Part shown: positions 9,905 to 20,645 of the stretch, in pieces
Numbering within the stretch: the first letter of the stretch is position 1
Layout of the letters: the number at the start of each line of letters is the position of its first letter
Assembly (NCBI GenBank): GCA_963674755.2
Contig: CAXXVS010000003.1
Span: forward strand, 1,120,001-1,184,000
Direction of reading: 5' to 3'
Source of the DNA: Desulfobacterales bacterium
GTDB taxonomy: Bacteria; Desulfobacterota; Desulfobacteria; Desulfobacterales; UBA5852
DNA: 64,000 bases
Program-made: the position numbers and the translations under genes
The notes under the pieces: model-generated
Told to the model about the DNA's origin: nothing
The model's input: only the letters and a program-made list of their open reading frames with translations
The model's database searches: none

Positions 9905-10519
9905 GTGCCGCTAATCCCTATGGTAATTGAACAGAGCAGTCGGGGGGAACGGGCCTATGACATCTATTCCCGTCTGCTGAAGGACCGGATTATTTTTCTC
10001 GGCTCCGCCATGAATGATGAGGTGGCCAACCTCATCATCGCCCAGTTGCTGTTCCTCGAGTCGGAAGACCCTGAAAAGGACATAAATTTTTACATAAATT
10101 CACCCGGGGGGGTTGTGACTTCGGGACTTGCCGTATATGATACGATGCAGTACGTTAAGCCCGACATTGCAACGGTGTGTATCGGTCAGGCAGCCAGCAT
10201 GGGTGCCGTTTTGCTGGCCGCCGGCACTGCAAAGAAACGTTATGCCCTGCCCAACGCCCGGATCATGATTCACCAGCCCATGGGCGGCTTTCAGGGCCAG
10301 GCGTCGGACGTGGAGATTCATGCCCGTGAGATGCTACGGATGAAGCAGGATCTCAATCAAATCCTTTCCGCCCACACGGGGAAACCGATTGAGCAGGTTC
10401 AAACGGACACCGATCGTGATTATTTTATGTCCGGCGAGGAAGCCCGGGTATATGGGATCGTGGATCAAGTGATTGCCAAACGTGACGATCTCGGAGGCGG
10501 CAGCGCCACGGAGAAATGA
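9905..10519 (+). CDS. clpP: ATP-dependent Clp protease proteolytic subunit
   Basis: [30 protein letters not shown]. Confidence 0.98.
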   Translation: MPLIPMVIEQSSRGERAYDIYSRLLKDRIIFLGSAMNDEVANLIIAQLLFLESEDPEKDINFYINSPGGVVTSGLAVYDTMQYVKPDIATVCIGQAASMGAVLLAAGTAKKRYALPNARIMIHQPMGGFQGQASDVEIHAREMLRMKQDLNQILSAHTGKPIEQVQTDTDRDYFMSGEEARVYGIVDQVIAKRDDLGGGSATEK

Positions 10520-10520
10520 G

Positions 10521-11771
10521 ATGACCCATAAAGACGATGACAATGACAACCTGTTTTGCTCGTTTTGCGGCAAGAGCCAGAAGGAAGTCAATAAACTGAT
10601 CGCCGGTCCGGCGGTCTATATCTGTGACGAGTGTATCCAGCTCTGCAGCGAAATCATCGAGGAGGAGAGCGAAAAGGACGCCGACGCGCTGGAGAATCTG
10701 CTGGCGCCCAAGGAAACCAAGACGCTCCTGGATGACTACGTCATCGAGCAGGAAGCCGCCAAAAAGATTTTGGCGGTGGCGGTCTACAACCATTACAAAC
10801 GCCTGAACTCGACGATTCACGCGGGCGATGTGGAGCTCAACAAAAGCAACATCCTGCTGATCGGCCCCACCGGTTGCGGCAAAACCTTGCTGGCCCAGAC
10901 CCTGGCGCGCTTTCTCAACGTGCCCTTCACCATCGCTGATGCCACCAGCCTGACGGAGGCCGGCTACGTGGGCGAGGATGTGGAAAACATCATTCTCTCC
11001 CTGCTGCAGAACGCCGACTACGATGTGGAACGGGCCAAAAAGGGCATCGTTTACATCGACGAGATCGACAAGATCGCCAGCAAGGGCGACAACCCCTCCA
11101 TCACCCGGGACGTGTCCGGGGAAGGCGTCCAGCAGGCGCTCCTTAAAATCATCGAAGGCACGACGGCCAGCGTGCCCCCCAAGGGCGGCCGCAAACACCC
11201 CCAGCAGGATTTCGTCAAGGTCGATACCTCCAACATCCTGTTTATCTGCGGGGGCACCTTCAACGGCCTGGAAAAGATCATCCAGCGCCGGATGGGATCC
11301 AAGGTGATGGGCTTCGGCGCCGAGATCGTCAAGTCCGCCGATCGAAGCGTGGGCGAAACCCTGTTGGACGTACAGCCCGAAGACCTCATCAAATTCGGCT
11401 TGATTCCGGAATTTCTGGGGCGTCTGCCGGTGATCGCCACCCTGGGCGAGCTCAATGAAAAATCCCTGGTGCGGATTCTGACCGAGCCCAAAAACGCCCT
11501 GGTGAAGCAGTACCGCAAGCTGTTCGAGATCGAAGGGGTCAACCTGCGGTTTACCGACAGCGCCCTGTCCGCCATCGCCAAAGAGGCGGTCAAGCGCAAA
11601 TCCGGCGCCCGCGGGCTCAGGGCGATCCTGGAAAAGACCCTGCTGGACATCATGTACGAGCTGCCTTCGGTGGAGAATGTCAAGGAGTGCGTGATCAGCG
11701 AGGATGTGGTGCTCAACAAGGAAGACCCCATCCTGCTGTTCGACCAGACCAAGACCAAGAAGCAGGCTTGA
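10521..11771 (+). CDS. clpX: ATP-dependent Clp protease ATP-binding subunit
   Basis: CSFCGK...ICDEC zinc finger, GPTGCGKT Walker [16 protein letters not shown] loop. Confidence 0.98.
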   Translation: MTHKDDDNDNLFCSFCGKSQKEVNKLIAGPAVYICDECIQLCSEIIEEESEKDADALENLLAPKETKTLLDDYVIEQEAAKKILAVAVYNHYKRLNSTIHAGDVELNKSNILLIGPTGCGKTLLAQTLARFLNVPFTIADATSLTEAGYVGEDVENIILSLLQNADYDVERAKKGIVYIDEIDKIASKGDNPSITRDVSGEGVQQALLKIIEGTTASVPPKGGRKHPQQDFVKVDTSNILFICGGTFNGLEKIIQRRMGSKVMGFGAEIVKSADRSVGETLLDVQPEDLIKFGLIPEFLGRLPVIATLGELNEKSLVRILTEPKNALVKQYRKLFEIEGVNLRFTDSALSAIAKEAVKRKSGARGLRAILEKTLLDIMYELPSVENVKECVISEDVVLNKEDPILLFDQTKTKKQA

Positions 11772-12111
11772 TTCAACCGCGACCTTTGCCGCAGCATCGA
11801 TGCTAACGGCCCCTGGCATGACCGGTATCGTTCTGATACGCCAGGGGCCGTTTGTGCTGGTGCACGGGGAAATCCGCCCGCCCGGTCTGATCGTTCCAAT
11901 GGCCGGAGGACTTAACGGGCCGGTGGCCGAAGAATCGGCTTGCGGCAGCACGCTGTCCGATCTAAAACCGGCGCCGCGTCTTGAAATAGCCGCGTTTTCC
12001 GATTATTTTAATCGATGAGGGGCCAGGCTGCCAGGCGGTCAAACCCTCCACCGTAAATAACGGGTCATTGGTGACCCGAACAATCCAAGACCACATCAGG
12101 AAGTGAGTATT

Positions 12112-14550
12112 ATGGTCAATATTCCCAATATTTTCAAAGATGAACCCCAGAGCGAAACGATTGAACTTCCGTTGCTGCCGTTGCGCGACATCGTCGTTTT
12201 TCCCCATATGGTCGCTCCGCTTTTTGTGGGCCGTACCAAATCGGTCAATGCCCTGGCCAATGCCATGGGCCGGGACAAGCGTGTCTTCCTGTCCACCCAG
12301 AAAACGGCCGGCGTGGATTCTCCGGAGGAGGCGGACATCAACCCGGTGGGCACCGTCGGCAAGGTGCTGCAGCTGCTGAAACTGCCGGACGGCACGGTCA
12401 AGGCTCTGGTGGAGGGTGAAAGCCGGGCGCGGATTCTCCGGTTTCTGGAGGAGGACGAATACTTCAATGTCGAACTGGCCCCCATGCCGGAGCCGGACGT
12501 CGATCCCATCGAAGCCCGCGCCCTGTGCCGCTCGATCCTGGAGAATTTCGAAAAGTACGCCAAGCTCAACAAGAGCATCTCCAAGGAGCTGATGGAGAGC
12601 GTCGGTGAAATCTTATCGCCTTCCAAACTGGCCGACACCGTGGCCGCGCATTTCGCCTTCAAAGTGGATGACAAGCAGCGCCTGCTGGACACCCTGTCGC
12701 CTTCGGACCGCGTGGCCGACCTGGTCAGCCTGATCAAGATGGAAATCGAGGTCATGCGCATGGACCAGCGCATCAAGGGGCGGGTCAAGGAGCAGATGGA
12801 AAAGACCCAGCGCAACTACTACCTCAACGAGCAGATGCGGGCCATCAAGAAGGAGATGGGGGCCGAGGACGACCCCAGCGAAGAACTGGAAGATCTCGAA
12901 AAACGGATTGCAGAGAAGAAATTGTCCGAGGAGGCCACTGAAAAGGTCAAGCAGGAATTCCGCAAGCTCAAGATGATGACCCCCATGTCGGCCGAGGCCA
13001 CGGTGGTGCGCAACTATATCGACTGGCTGCTGAGCCTGCCCTGGTACGATGTGAGCGAGATCAACCAGGATCTCAGCGCGGCCGAGCGCATCCTGGACGA
13101 AGACCATTACGGCCTGGAGAAGCCCAAGGAGCGCATCATCGAATACCTGGCCGTCCAGACCCTGACCCAGAAGGTCAAAGGTCCCATCCTCTGTCTGGTG
13201 GGTCCTCCGGGGGTCGGCAAGACTTCCCTGGCCAAATCCGTGGCGCGGGCTACCGGACGCAAATATGTGCGCCTCTCCCTGGGCGGGGTGCGGGACGAGG
13301 CGGAGATCCGCGGCCACCGGCGGACCTACATCGGGGCCATGCCGGGCAAGATCATGCAGTCCCTGAAAAAGGTGGGGGTCAACAACCCCGTCTTTTGCCT
13401 GGACGAGGTGGACAAGATGAGCATGGACTTCCGGGGCGACCCATCGGCGGCCCTCCTGGAAGTGCTGGATCCCGAGCAGAATTACAGCTTCAACGACCAT
13501 TACCTGGACGTGGACTACGACCTGTCGGATATCCTGTTCATCACCACGGCCAACACCCTGCCGGATATCCCTTTGCCGCTGCAGGACCGCATGGAGATCA
13601 TCCGCCTGCCGGGCTATACGGAATACGAGAAGTACAACATCGCCCATAAATTCCTGGTGGCCAAGCAGCTCGAGGCCAACGGCCTCCAAGGCCTGGACAT
13701 CGCGTTTTCCAAGAATGCCATCCTGACCATCATTCGGCGTTACACCCGGGAGGCCGGGGTGCGCAACCTGGAGCGCGAAATCGCTTCCATCTGCCGCAAG
13801 ATCGCCAAGCAGGTGGTCAAGTATCAGGACAGCGATACCTTTAAGGTCACCGCCCAGTCGGTGGCCAAATACCTCGGACCGGCGCGCTTCAAGCAGGACC
13901 AGATCGAAGACAAGGACCAGATCGGCATGGTGACGGGCCTGGCCTGGACCCAGGTGGGCGGCGAGCTCCTGATCGTGGAAACCCTGACCATGCCCGGCAA
14001 GGGCAACGTTCAGGTAACCGGCAAGCTGGGGGATGTGATGAAGGAATCCGCCCAGGCGGCGGTCAGCTATGTCCGTTCGCGCGCCGATTACCTGATGATC
14101 GATGAAAAATTCTACCGCAAGCTCGATTTGCACATCCACATCCCCGAAGGCGCCATCCCCAAGGACGGCCCCTCAGCCGGGATCGCCATGTGCACCTCCA
14201 TCGTATCGGCCCTGAGCAGACGCCCGGTGCGGCGGGATATCGCCATGACCGGCGAGATCACCCTGCGGGGCCGCGTGCTGCCCATCGGCGGGCTTAAAGA
14301 GAAGATCATCGCGGCCCACCGCGGCGGGATTAAAACCGTGCTGATTCCCAAGGAGAATGAAAAGGATCTCAAAGACATCCCCAAGCTGGTTTCCCGGAGC
14401 ATGACCATCATCCCGGTGGAGCACATGGACGAAGTCCTTGGGCATGCCCTGATCCTCGGTGAGGGGGGGCGCCTGTTCAAGGAAGTGGACCTGCCTTTCG
14501 ATATCGCCAAGGGCGAGGGTGACGGCACCAACGCCGCACCCCTGAACTGA
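12112..14550 (+). CDS. lon: Lon protease
   Basis: [36 protein letters not shown]; alternative GTG start at 12103. Confidence 0.98.
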   Translation: MVNIPNIFKDEPQSETIELPLLPLRDIVVFPHMVAPLFVGRTKSVNALANAMGRDKRVFLSTQKTAGVDSPEEADINPVGTVGKVLQLLKLPDGTVKALVEGESRARILRFLEEDEYFNVELAPMPEPDVDPIEARALCRSILENFEKYAKLNKSISKELMESVGEILSPSKLADTVAAHFAFKVDDKQRLLDTLSPSDRVADLVSLIKMEIEVMRMDQRIKGRVKEQMEKTQRNYYLNEQMRAIKKEMGAEDDPSEELEDLEKRIAEKKLSEEATEKVKQEFRKLKMMTPMSAEATVVRNYIDWLLSLPWYDVSEINQDLSAAERILDEDHYGLEKPKERIIEYLAVQTLTQKVKGPILCLVGPPGVGKTSLAKSVARATGRKYVRLSLGGVRDEAEIRGHRRTYIGAMPGKIMQSLKKVGVNNPVFCLDEVDKMSMDFRGDPSAALLEVLDPEQNYSFNDHYLDVDYDLSDILFITTANTLPDIPLPLQDRMEIIRLPGYTEYEKYNIAHKFLVAKQLEANGLQGLDIAFSKNAILTIIRRYTREAGVRNLEREIASICRKIAKQVVKYQDSDTFKVTAQSVAKYLGPARFKQDQIEDKDQIGMVTGLAWTQVGGELLIVETLTMPGKGNVQVTGKLGDVMKESAQAAVSYVRSRADYLMIDEKFYRKLDLHIHIPEGAIPKDGPSAGIAMCTSIVSALSRRPVRRDIAMTGEITLRGRVLPIGGLKEKIIAAHRGGIKTVLIPKENEKDLKDIPKLVSRSMTIIPVEHMDEVLGHALILGEGGRLFKEVDLPFDIAKGEGDGTNAAPLN

Positions 14551-14604
14551 CCGTATCGAACGGGGGCGACCTTTGCCGGAGGGCCCGGTGATCCGGGTTT
14601 CCGC

Positions 14605-14633
14605 TTGACAGGCTCCGGCGGATCAAGTATCAA
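14605..14633 (+). promoter_or_regulatory. Sigma70 promoter of tRNA-Val
   Basis: TTGACA-17 bp-TATCAA. Confidence 0.55.
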
Positions 14634-14648
14634 AACAGTCCTTGCGTT

Positions 14649-14724
14649 GGGCGGGTAGCTCAGTTGGGAGAGCATCGGCCTTACAAGCCGAGGGTCACAG
14701 GTTCAAGCCCTGTTCCGCCCACCA
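14649..14724 (+). tRNA. tRNA-Val(TAC)
   Basis: gggcgggtagctcagttgggagagca tcggcctTACaagccga ...ggttcaagcc...ccgcccacca. Confidence 0.97.
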
Positions 14725-14735
14725 TTCACAAAATT

Positions 14736-14771
14736 AAAAGGCGACCGGTCCCACGACCGGCCGCCTTTTTT
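14736..14771. terminator. Intrinsic terminator between tRNA-Val and the convergent acyl-CoA dehydrogenase gene
   Basis: aaaaggcgaccggtc-ccac-gaccggccgcctttttt. Confidence 0.8.
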
Positions 14772-14795
14772 ATGTCTTCTTTCCGTCACAGGACC

Positions 14796-15956
14796 CTATA
14801 GCAGTTTGGCAATGATCTCCTTCATGATCTCGGTCGTGCCGCCGCCGATGGACAGAATGCGGTTGTCCCGATAGAGCCGCTCCACCAGGTAGCCCCGCAT
14901 GGTGCCGTAGCCGCCGAAGAGCTGCACGGCATCGTAGGTCACCCGGTCGCTGACGCTGCAGGCGAAATTCTTGGCCATGGCGACTTCCTTGAACTGGTCG
15001 ATGCCGGCGTCGATTTTGGCCGCCACCCGCCAGGTGTACTCCCGGGCGATGTCCACCAGGGTGGCCATATCCACCAGCTTGTGGCGGGTCACCTGGAAAC
15101 CGGTGAGGGGTTTGCCGAAAGCCGTGCGTTCCTTGGCATAGGCCTGGGCCTGCTCCAGCGCGAGCTGGGCGGTCATGTAGGCCATGACCGCCAGGGAGAG
15201 CCGCTCCCCCTGGAAGTTTTCCATGATGGCGTAGAAGCCCTGGTGCTCCTCGCCGATCAGGTTGGCAACCGGCACACGGCAGTCGTCGAAAAAGATCTCG
15301 GCCGTGTCCGAAGCCCACCAGCCGGTCTTTTTGAGGGGCGTGGATACGGCATAGCCCGGCGTATCGGATTCGATCACCAGCATGCTGATGCCGTGGGCGC
15401 CGGGCGCGCCGGTGCGCACGGCGCAGGTGATCTGGTCGGCCCGGGTGCCGCTGGTAATAAAGGTCTTGCTCCCGTTGACGATGTAATGATCGCCGTCGCG
15501 CACCGCCGTGGTGGCCAGGTTGGAGACGTCCGACCCGCCCCCGGGTTCGGTAATGGCCAGGGCGGCGATGCGCTCGCCGGCAATCACCGGCCGGACGAAG
15601 CGCGCTTTCTGCTCTTCCGTGCCGTGCCGCAGGATGGGCGGCAGGGCGATGTGCAGTGATCCCAGCCCGGCCACGAATCCGCCCGATCCCGCGCGCATGA
15701 GTTCTTCACTGGCCGCGATGGTGAAGAAGATATCGCCGGGGGTGCCGCCGACCGCTTCCGGATAGCCGATTCCCAATATGCCCACTTCTCCGGCCTTGTG
15801 GTAGATTTCCCGCGGAAAAATTCCCGCCTCCTCCCACTCGTCGATAAAGGGCTTGATCTCCTTGTCGACAAACTCCTTGACGGATCGGCGCACCATGTCG
15901 TGGGCCTTGGAGAAGTACTGCTGACAGGATGCGCGCGCATTGAATTCGATGGCCAT
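14796..15956 (-). CDS. Acyl-CoA dehydrogenase (AtuD/citronellyl-CoA dehydrogenase-like)
   Basis: AITEPGGGSDV, GSKTFITSG, GWWASDTAE, FQGERL, IGGGTTEIMKE; neighbours AtuA. Confidence 0.88.
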   Translation of the reverse strand: MAIEFNARASCQQYFSKAHDMVRRSVKEFVDKEIKPFIDEWEEAGIFPREIYHKAGEVGILGIGYPEAVGGTPGDIFFTIAASEELMRAGSGGFVAGLGSLHIALPPILRHGTEEQKARFVRPVIAGERIAALAITEPGGGSDVSNLATTAVRDGDHYIVNGSKTFITSGTRADQITCAVRTGAPGAHGISMLVIESDTPGYAVSTPLKKTGWWASDTAEIFFDDCRVPVANLIGEEHQGFYAIMENFQGERLSLAVMAYMTAQLALEQAQAYAKERTAFGKPLTGFQVTRHKLVDMATLVDIAREYTWRVAAKIDAGIDQFKEVAMAKNFACSVSDRVTYDAVQLFGGYGTMRGYLVERLYRDNRILSIGGGTTEIMKEIIAKLL

Positions 15957-16227
15957 TTTGACTTCCTTTTTTGGCGTTTATATTTGGCCGGAAAGAGACT
16001 ATCAGGCTTAACAGCAGGTCTGGAAAAGAAATGAATCGAGTCACAGCACCTGTATGACTGATAGGTGAAAATAAATCGGTGTCCGATTCTGAAATGAGGA
16101 TTTTTGTCTCTGATCAAGGCCCTAAAAAGGTTAGCAGTGAGGCATACATTAGTACGCTACAGATGCCAAACCTGAAGGAATCGCAGATCTATATCAATTT
16201 TTGAATCGGCTACAGCACAAGCAATGC

Positions 16228-16371
16228 AAGGTTCAGCCGGAATCTGTAGATTTTGGTTTCGACCAAGGCCGCAGCGATTTGGAAACCGCAGACGTAGTCA
16301 GCTACGTCGAGGATTTACAAAGAGCGAGAACGCTGGACGGGGCCAAAAGATGCCGGTTCCGGCTGAACCTT
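16228..16371 (+). repeat. Structured repeat family B, copy 1
   Basis: Perfect 15-bp terminal IR aaggttcagccggaa/ttccggctgaacctt; core gaaaccgcaRRcgtag..ctacgtcgaggattt. Confidence 0.9.
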
Positions 16372-16805
16372 TACTCCAGTTTAGGGGGCGGCATGACGAG
16401 CGCCGTCCCCTCCGCCACGGTTTCCCCCTTCTGGTTGGTCCAGAGCAGGGCCATGCGCACCCAGCGCTTGTCTTCCAGCTTTTCGGTCACTTCGGCCCGG
16501 GCCGTGATGGTATCGCCGAAGCGGGTCGGCGCCCGGAAGCGCGTGTTGATTTCCAAGGCCACAGTTCCCAGGCCGGGCAGCTTCATGCCCAGCACCGGCG
16601 CGATCAGGCACTGGGGCAGGGCGCCGTGGGCGATGCGGGTGCCGAAGGGGGTCAGCTTGGCGAATTCTTCGTTGACGTGCATGGGGTTGAAGTCTCCCGA
16701 AATGCCGGCAAAGAGATAGACATCGGTCTCGGTGATGGTCTTGCTGAACGACGCCGACATGCCGATCTCCAGCTCGTCGTAGGATTTGCCCAGTTCGAAA
16801 TCCAT
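16371..16805 (-). CDS. MaoC family (R)-specific enoyl-CoA hydratase
   Basis: FAGISGDFNPMH...IAHG hydratase motif; AGGAGG RBS before 16805. Confidence 0.92.
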   Translation of the reverse strand: MDFELGKSYDELEIGMSASFSKTITETDVYLFAGISGDFNPMHVNEEFAKLTPFGTRIAHGALPQCLIAPVLGMKLPGLGTVALEINTRFRAPTRFGDTITARAEVTEKLEDKRWVRMALLWTNQKGETVAEGTALVMPPPKLE

Positions 16806-16837
16806 GCGCCCTCCTTTGAAATCCATTTTATATTCGT

Positions 16838-18622
16838 TTATGGGGCTGCCTCATTTTGCAGTTCGGCGGGAATCGTTATGGTTTTGACGCGCAGGTATTC
16901 GCCCAGGGTCTTGGCCTGGGGGTCGCTCTTCAGGGACGCGGCCACCCCTTCCCCCAGAATCCCTTTGATATAGAAGTTCAACGCCCTCAGATTGGGCAGC
17001 GCGTAGCGTTCGATGGCATAGGGGGCCGTATCCGGCAGGAGCGATTTAAGCTGTTCCGTGGTGAGGTAGCGGTGCAGAAAAGCATAGGCCGCATCACTGC
17101 GGGCCCAGATCCCCAGGTTGGCGTTGCCCCCCTTGTCCCCCGAGCGGGTGCCGAACAGCCGTCCAAAGGGCAGCGCGACAGTATCTTGCACTGAGGGGGG
17201 GCGGTCTTCAACGGCCGTCCCAGCGGCTTGCGCCGCGGTGATTTCAGCGCCTGCGAGGGGCTCGACCATGACGCTCTCATCGCCGATCACCACCCGGGGC
17301 CGGACATGGCGGTTGGCCACCACGGCGGGCCAGTGCTGGATAGCCGGGGTGCCCTTGGTGGGCGGGGCAGTGGCTGTAAACCCGGGAATGCTCGCCAGGG
17401 CCAGCTCCACCACGGCGGCGGAAAAACGGGCGACTTTGGCCGGATCGGGATCCATGACCCCCAGGTGCAAATAGGCAAAAGCCTCCTCGTTGACGGCCGG
17501 ATCGGCCTGATCCGAGCGCACGAGACGGGCTTCGAACACGGCATACTGCTTGCGGCCGCCCAGGGCTGCGACGACGGTTTCTTCGAGGATGCGGGCTTTG
17601 GCTTCAATGTCGAGCCCGGTCAGGATGAGGGTCATACTGTTGCGGTGGCCGAAGAGATTGTTGAGGCAGACCTTGGTGGTAGGGGGCGGCGGAGCGCCCT
17701 GAACTCCGGAAACCAGGATGCGGTCTTCGCCGTCATCACTCAGTTGGATGGTGTCGAAGCAAGCGGTGACGTCCGGGGTCAGGTAATCCGGCGACCGGAT
17801 TTCGTAGAGCAGCTGGGCCGTGACCGTGCCTACGGAGACCCGGCCGCCGGTGCCGGGATGCTTGGTGATGACCGACGACCCGTCGGCATGGATTTCGGCA
17901 ATCGGAAAGCCCAGCTTGTGAAAGGAGGGGATCTCCTCGATGAAAGGGTAGTTGCCGCCGGTGGCCTGCCCGCTGCACTCGATGATGTGTCCGGCCACCG
18001 CGGCGCCGGCCAGGCGGTCCCAGTCCTCCCGCTGCCAGCCGAAATGCCAGGCCGCCGGACCGGTGACCAGGGCGGCGTCGGCCAAGCGGCCGGCCACGAC
18101 GATATCCGCCCCCCGGGTCAGGGCCTCGGCCACGGCCCAGCCGCCGATGTAGGCATTGGCGGATATGGGCTGGGCGCCGGCTTCCTGCAGCGGAGTGCCT
18201 TTGTCCAGATGCACGAAAGCCTCCCCCTGGGCCTGCAGTTCGGCCAGGCGGGGCAGCAGGTCGTCGCCCTCGATGTAGGCGATCTTGGGCGATAACCCCA
18301 ATTTCTCGGCCAGGGTCTGCAAGGCCTTGGCCAGCCCCTTGGGATTCAGACCGCCGGCGTTGCTGACCACCTTTATCTTGCGTTCCAGGCAGGTGTCCAT
18401 GACCTCTTCCATCTGGCGCAGGAAAGGGCGGGCATAGCCCAGAGCGGCGTCCTTGAGCTTCTGGCGGAAGAGGATTGCCATGGTGAGCTCCGCCAGGTAG
18501 TCACCGGTCAGGACATCGATGGGGCCGCCCTCCACCATCTCCCGGGCCGCGCTGAAGCGGTCCCCCAGGAAGCCGCTGCAGTTGGCGATGATCAGTTTGT
18601 CTGCGGATGGGGGTGCCGGCAT
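16838..18622 (-). CDS. atuA: Acyclic terpene utilization AtuA family protein (DUF1446 plus C-terminal domain)
   Basis: IANCSGFLGDR, GDYLAELTM, NAGGLNP, GHIIECSGQATGGN, RSGDKGGNANLG, DPQAKTLGEYLR. Confidence 0.9.
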   Translation of the reverse strand: MPAPPSADKLIIANCSGFLGDRFSAAREMVEGGPIDVLTGDYLAELTMAILFRQKLKDAALGYARPFLRQMEEVMDTCLERKIKVVSNAGGLNPKGLAKALQTLAEKLGLSPKIAYIEGDDLLPRLAELQAQGEAFVHLDKGTPLQEAGAQPISANAYIGGWAVAEALTRGADIVVAGRLADAALVTGPAAWHFGWQREDWDRLAGAAVAGHIIECSGQATGGNYPFIEEIPSFHKLGFPIAEIHADGSSVITKHPGTGGRVSVGTVTAQLLYEIRSPDYLTPDVTACFDTIQLSDDGEDRILVSGVQGAPPPPTTKVCLNNLFGHRNSMTLILTGLDIEAKARILEETVVAALGGRKQYAVFEARLVRSDQADPAVNEEAFAYLHLGVMDPDPAKVARFSAAVVELALASIPGFTATAPPTKGTPAIQHWPAVVANRHVRPRVVIGDESVMVEPLAGAEITAAQAAGTAVEDRPPSVQDTVALPFGRLFGTRSGDKGGNANLGIWARSDAAYAFLHRYLTTEQLKSLLPDTAPYAIERYALPNLRALNFYIKGILGEGVAASLKSDPQAKTLGEYLRVKTITIPAELQNEAAP

Positions 18623-18712
18623 GTCAATTTTCTCCTCTCCCCGCGTTATCGGTTTGATCTTTCTCTTGGTTTTATGATTGTAGTCTGACGAATATTGGTT
18701 TGGGAAAACGTT

Positions 18713-18981
18713 TAGGTTCGATCTAAGCCCTCCACTTCTGGTGGAGGACCCGGAGAGGCTTTACCGATCCGGGGTGGGTTTACATCAATTGGTTCCTTCC
18801 TTTTCTTTCACGTGAAAGAAAAGGAAGCTAAAAGAAAACGCCCGTGTCCCGTTTAACCCTGCGCGTCGCCGACACGGCCGGAGCACGCGGAAACTCCCCC
18901 GCCTGCGGCGGGGTCAGACAGTCCGCGCGCCTTAATCCGGCCGCATCGCCGATGCTCGGCGCGGAACAAAGGGAATAAAAC
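18713..18981 (+). repeat. Structured repeat family A, copy 2 (minimal form)
   Basis: Same blocks as copy 1 without the internal modules; perfect 32-bp palindrome cttccttttctttcac/gtgaaagaaaaggaag. Confidence 0.9.
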
Positions 18982-19128
18982 TTCGAAACAACCAAATTCC
19001 TATTAAACCACACAAGGAAATATTTCAGTCTTTCAATTCGTCCAGCTGTAAAGCTGCTTCTCTACGTTAAATGTGACCTACATTGTTCCTAAAGTTTTAC
19101 GAACGAAAAGGTAAGTTTTCTGCATCCT

Positions 19129-19273
19129 ACTGGGCGTCTTCAAATGGTGGATTTTGGCTCAAGGCAAGGCCCGAGGGATTTTGAAACCGCAGGCGTAGAT
19201 GCGCTACGTCGAGGATTTCAAAATCGTGAGAACGCCGCCCTGAGTCAAAAGACGCCGTTTGAAGATGCCCAGT
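19129..19273 (+). repeat. Structured repeat family B, copy 2
   Basis: 21-bp terminal stem with three G.U pairs; core gaaaccgcaggcgtagatgcgctacgtcgaggatttc. Confidence 0.9.
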
Positions 19274-20044
19274 CTAGTGGCCTACAAAGTTCGGCGCCCG
19301 CTTCTCCAGAAACGCCGTAATGCCTTCGCGGGCATCCTCGGTGGCCGCCACCTCGCCCAGTTTGCCGGCCAGGAAGTCGATGGCCTGATCGAAGGGCATG
19401 TCCGCCATGGCGTAGAAGGCTTCCTTGCCGATTTTCATGCCGATGGGGCTCTTGGACGCCAGCAGGGTCAGCAAGTCGCCGACCTCTGCATCCAGGTCCT
19501 CCCGGGACACGATCCGGGTGACCAGGCCCATTTCCAGGGCTTCTCCCGCGGTCAGGCGGCGGCCGGTAAGCACCATTTCCATGGCCTTTTTGCGGGGCAC
19601 GTTGCGGTAGATCAAGGCCCCGATCATCATGGGGAAGAGGCCGACGTTGACTTCCGGCGCCCCGAAGCGGGCATCCCGGCAGGCAATGACGATATCGCAG
19701 GCCAGCATGAGCCCCAGGCCGCCGGCCATGCAGGTGCCGTTCACCCGCGCCACGACAGGTTTGGGGAAGCCTGCCAGACGTTTGAGCAGGTTGGCGTAGC
19801 GGGCGATGACGGATTCGCTGTCGGCACTCATGCCGCCCAGATCGGCACCGGCGCAAAACGCTTTGTCACCGGCGCCGGTCACACAGACCGTCCGCACCGC
19901 CGCATCGGCTTCGGCCGTGTGCAGGGCCTCGTGAAAAAGAGCCAATGCTTCGGGGCTCAGGGCATTGCGCTGGGCTTCACGGTTCATGGTGATCCAGCCG
20001 ATTCGGTTTTCAGGATGGTAGATCAAGGGTGCTGTCTCGGTCAT
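19274..20044 (-). CDS. Enoyl-CoA hydratase/isomerase (crotonase family, LiuC/AtuE-like)
   Basis: AFCAGADL, CMAGGLGL, FGAPEVNVGL, EGITAFLEKR; GGAGG RBS before 20044. Confidence 0.92.
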   Translation of the reverse strand: MTETAPLIYHPENRIGWITMNREAQRNALSPEALALFHEALHTAEADAAVRTVCVTGAGDKAFCAGADLGGMSADSESVIARYANLLKRLAGFPKPVVARVNGTCMAGGLGLMLACDIVIACRDARFGAPEVNVGLFPMMIGALIYRNVPRKKAMEMVLTGRRLTAGEALEMGLVTRIVSREDLDAEVGDLLTLLASKSPIGMKIGKEAFYAMADMPFDQAIDFLAGKLGEVAATEDAREGITAFLEKRAPNFVGH

Positions 20045-20086
20045 GGCGGCCTCCCTTCCGGTTATCATGTAAAGCGAATGGTGCTG

Positions 20087-20614
20087 CTATGCTTCCGGCG
20101 CGTTTTCTTCCCCTGCGGTTTCCAGGTCCACCAGGATGTCGCCGGGCGCCACCTTGTCGTCTACGGCAACGTTGATCCCCGCCACCCGGGCATCGAAGGG
20201 CGCGGTGAGGGTCGTCTCCATCTTCATGGCCGATACCACCACCAGGCCGTCCCCGGCCTTGACCTGTTGACCCACGGCGACCATGATCTTCACCACCACA
20301 GCGGGCATGGGCGGTGTCGCGTCGCGGGGCAGCGTCGGCGAGGCGGCACCCGACACCGTGGATCGGGCCTGGGCGTCGGCATCGATCACCTGGTAGAGGA
20401 CGCCGTCGATCATGATTTGTTTGGCGTTCCCGTCGTCGCTGATAAACGCGTTGCAGCCGACCCCGTCGATGGTCAGGAAGAGATGGGTGTCATCGATGCG
20501 GCGGCCGGTCACGGCCAGGCGCTTCTCAGGCGATTCCATCTCCCAGGCGCCGTTTGCGGTGGGCGATACGGCCAAAGGGGTCGTTTTTTCCAGAAGGGTC
20601 AGATTGTATTTCAT
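20087..20614 (-). CDS. Biotin carboxyl carrier subunit (BT linker plus biotinyl domain)
   Basis: SAMKME biotinylation motif. Confidence 0.9.
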   Translation of the reverse strand: MKYNLTLLEKTTPLAVSPTANGAWEMESPEKRLAVTGRRIDDTHLFLTIDGVGCNAFISDDGNAKQIMIDGVLYQVIDADAQARSTVSGAASPTLPRDATPPMPAVVVKIMVAVGQQVKAGDGLVVVSAMKMETTLTAPFDARVAGINVAVDDKVAPGDILVDLETAGEENAPEA

Positions 20615-20645
20615 CGGTGTTCTCCCGTGGGTGCTGTCCTATGGG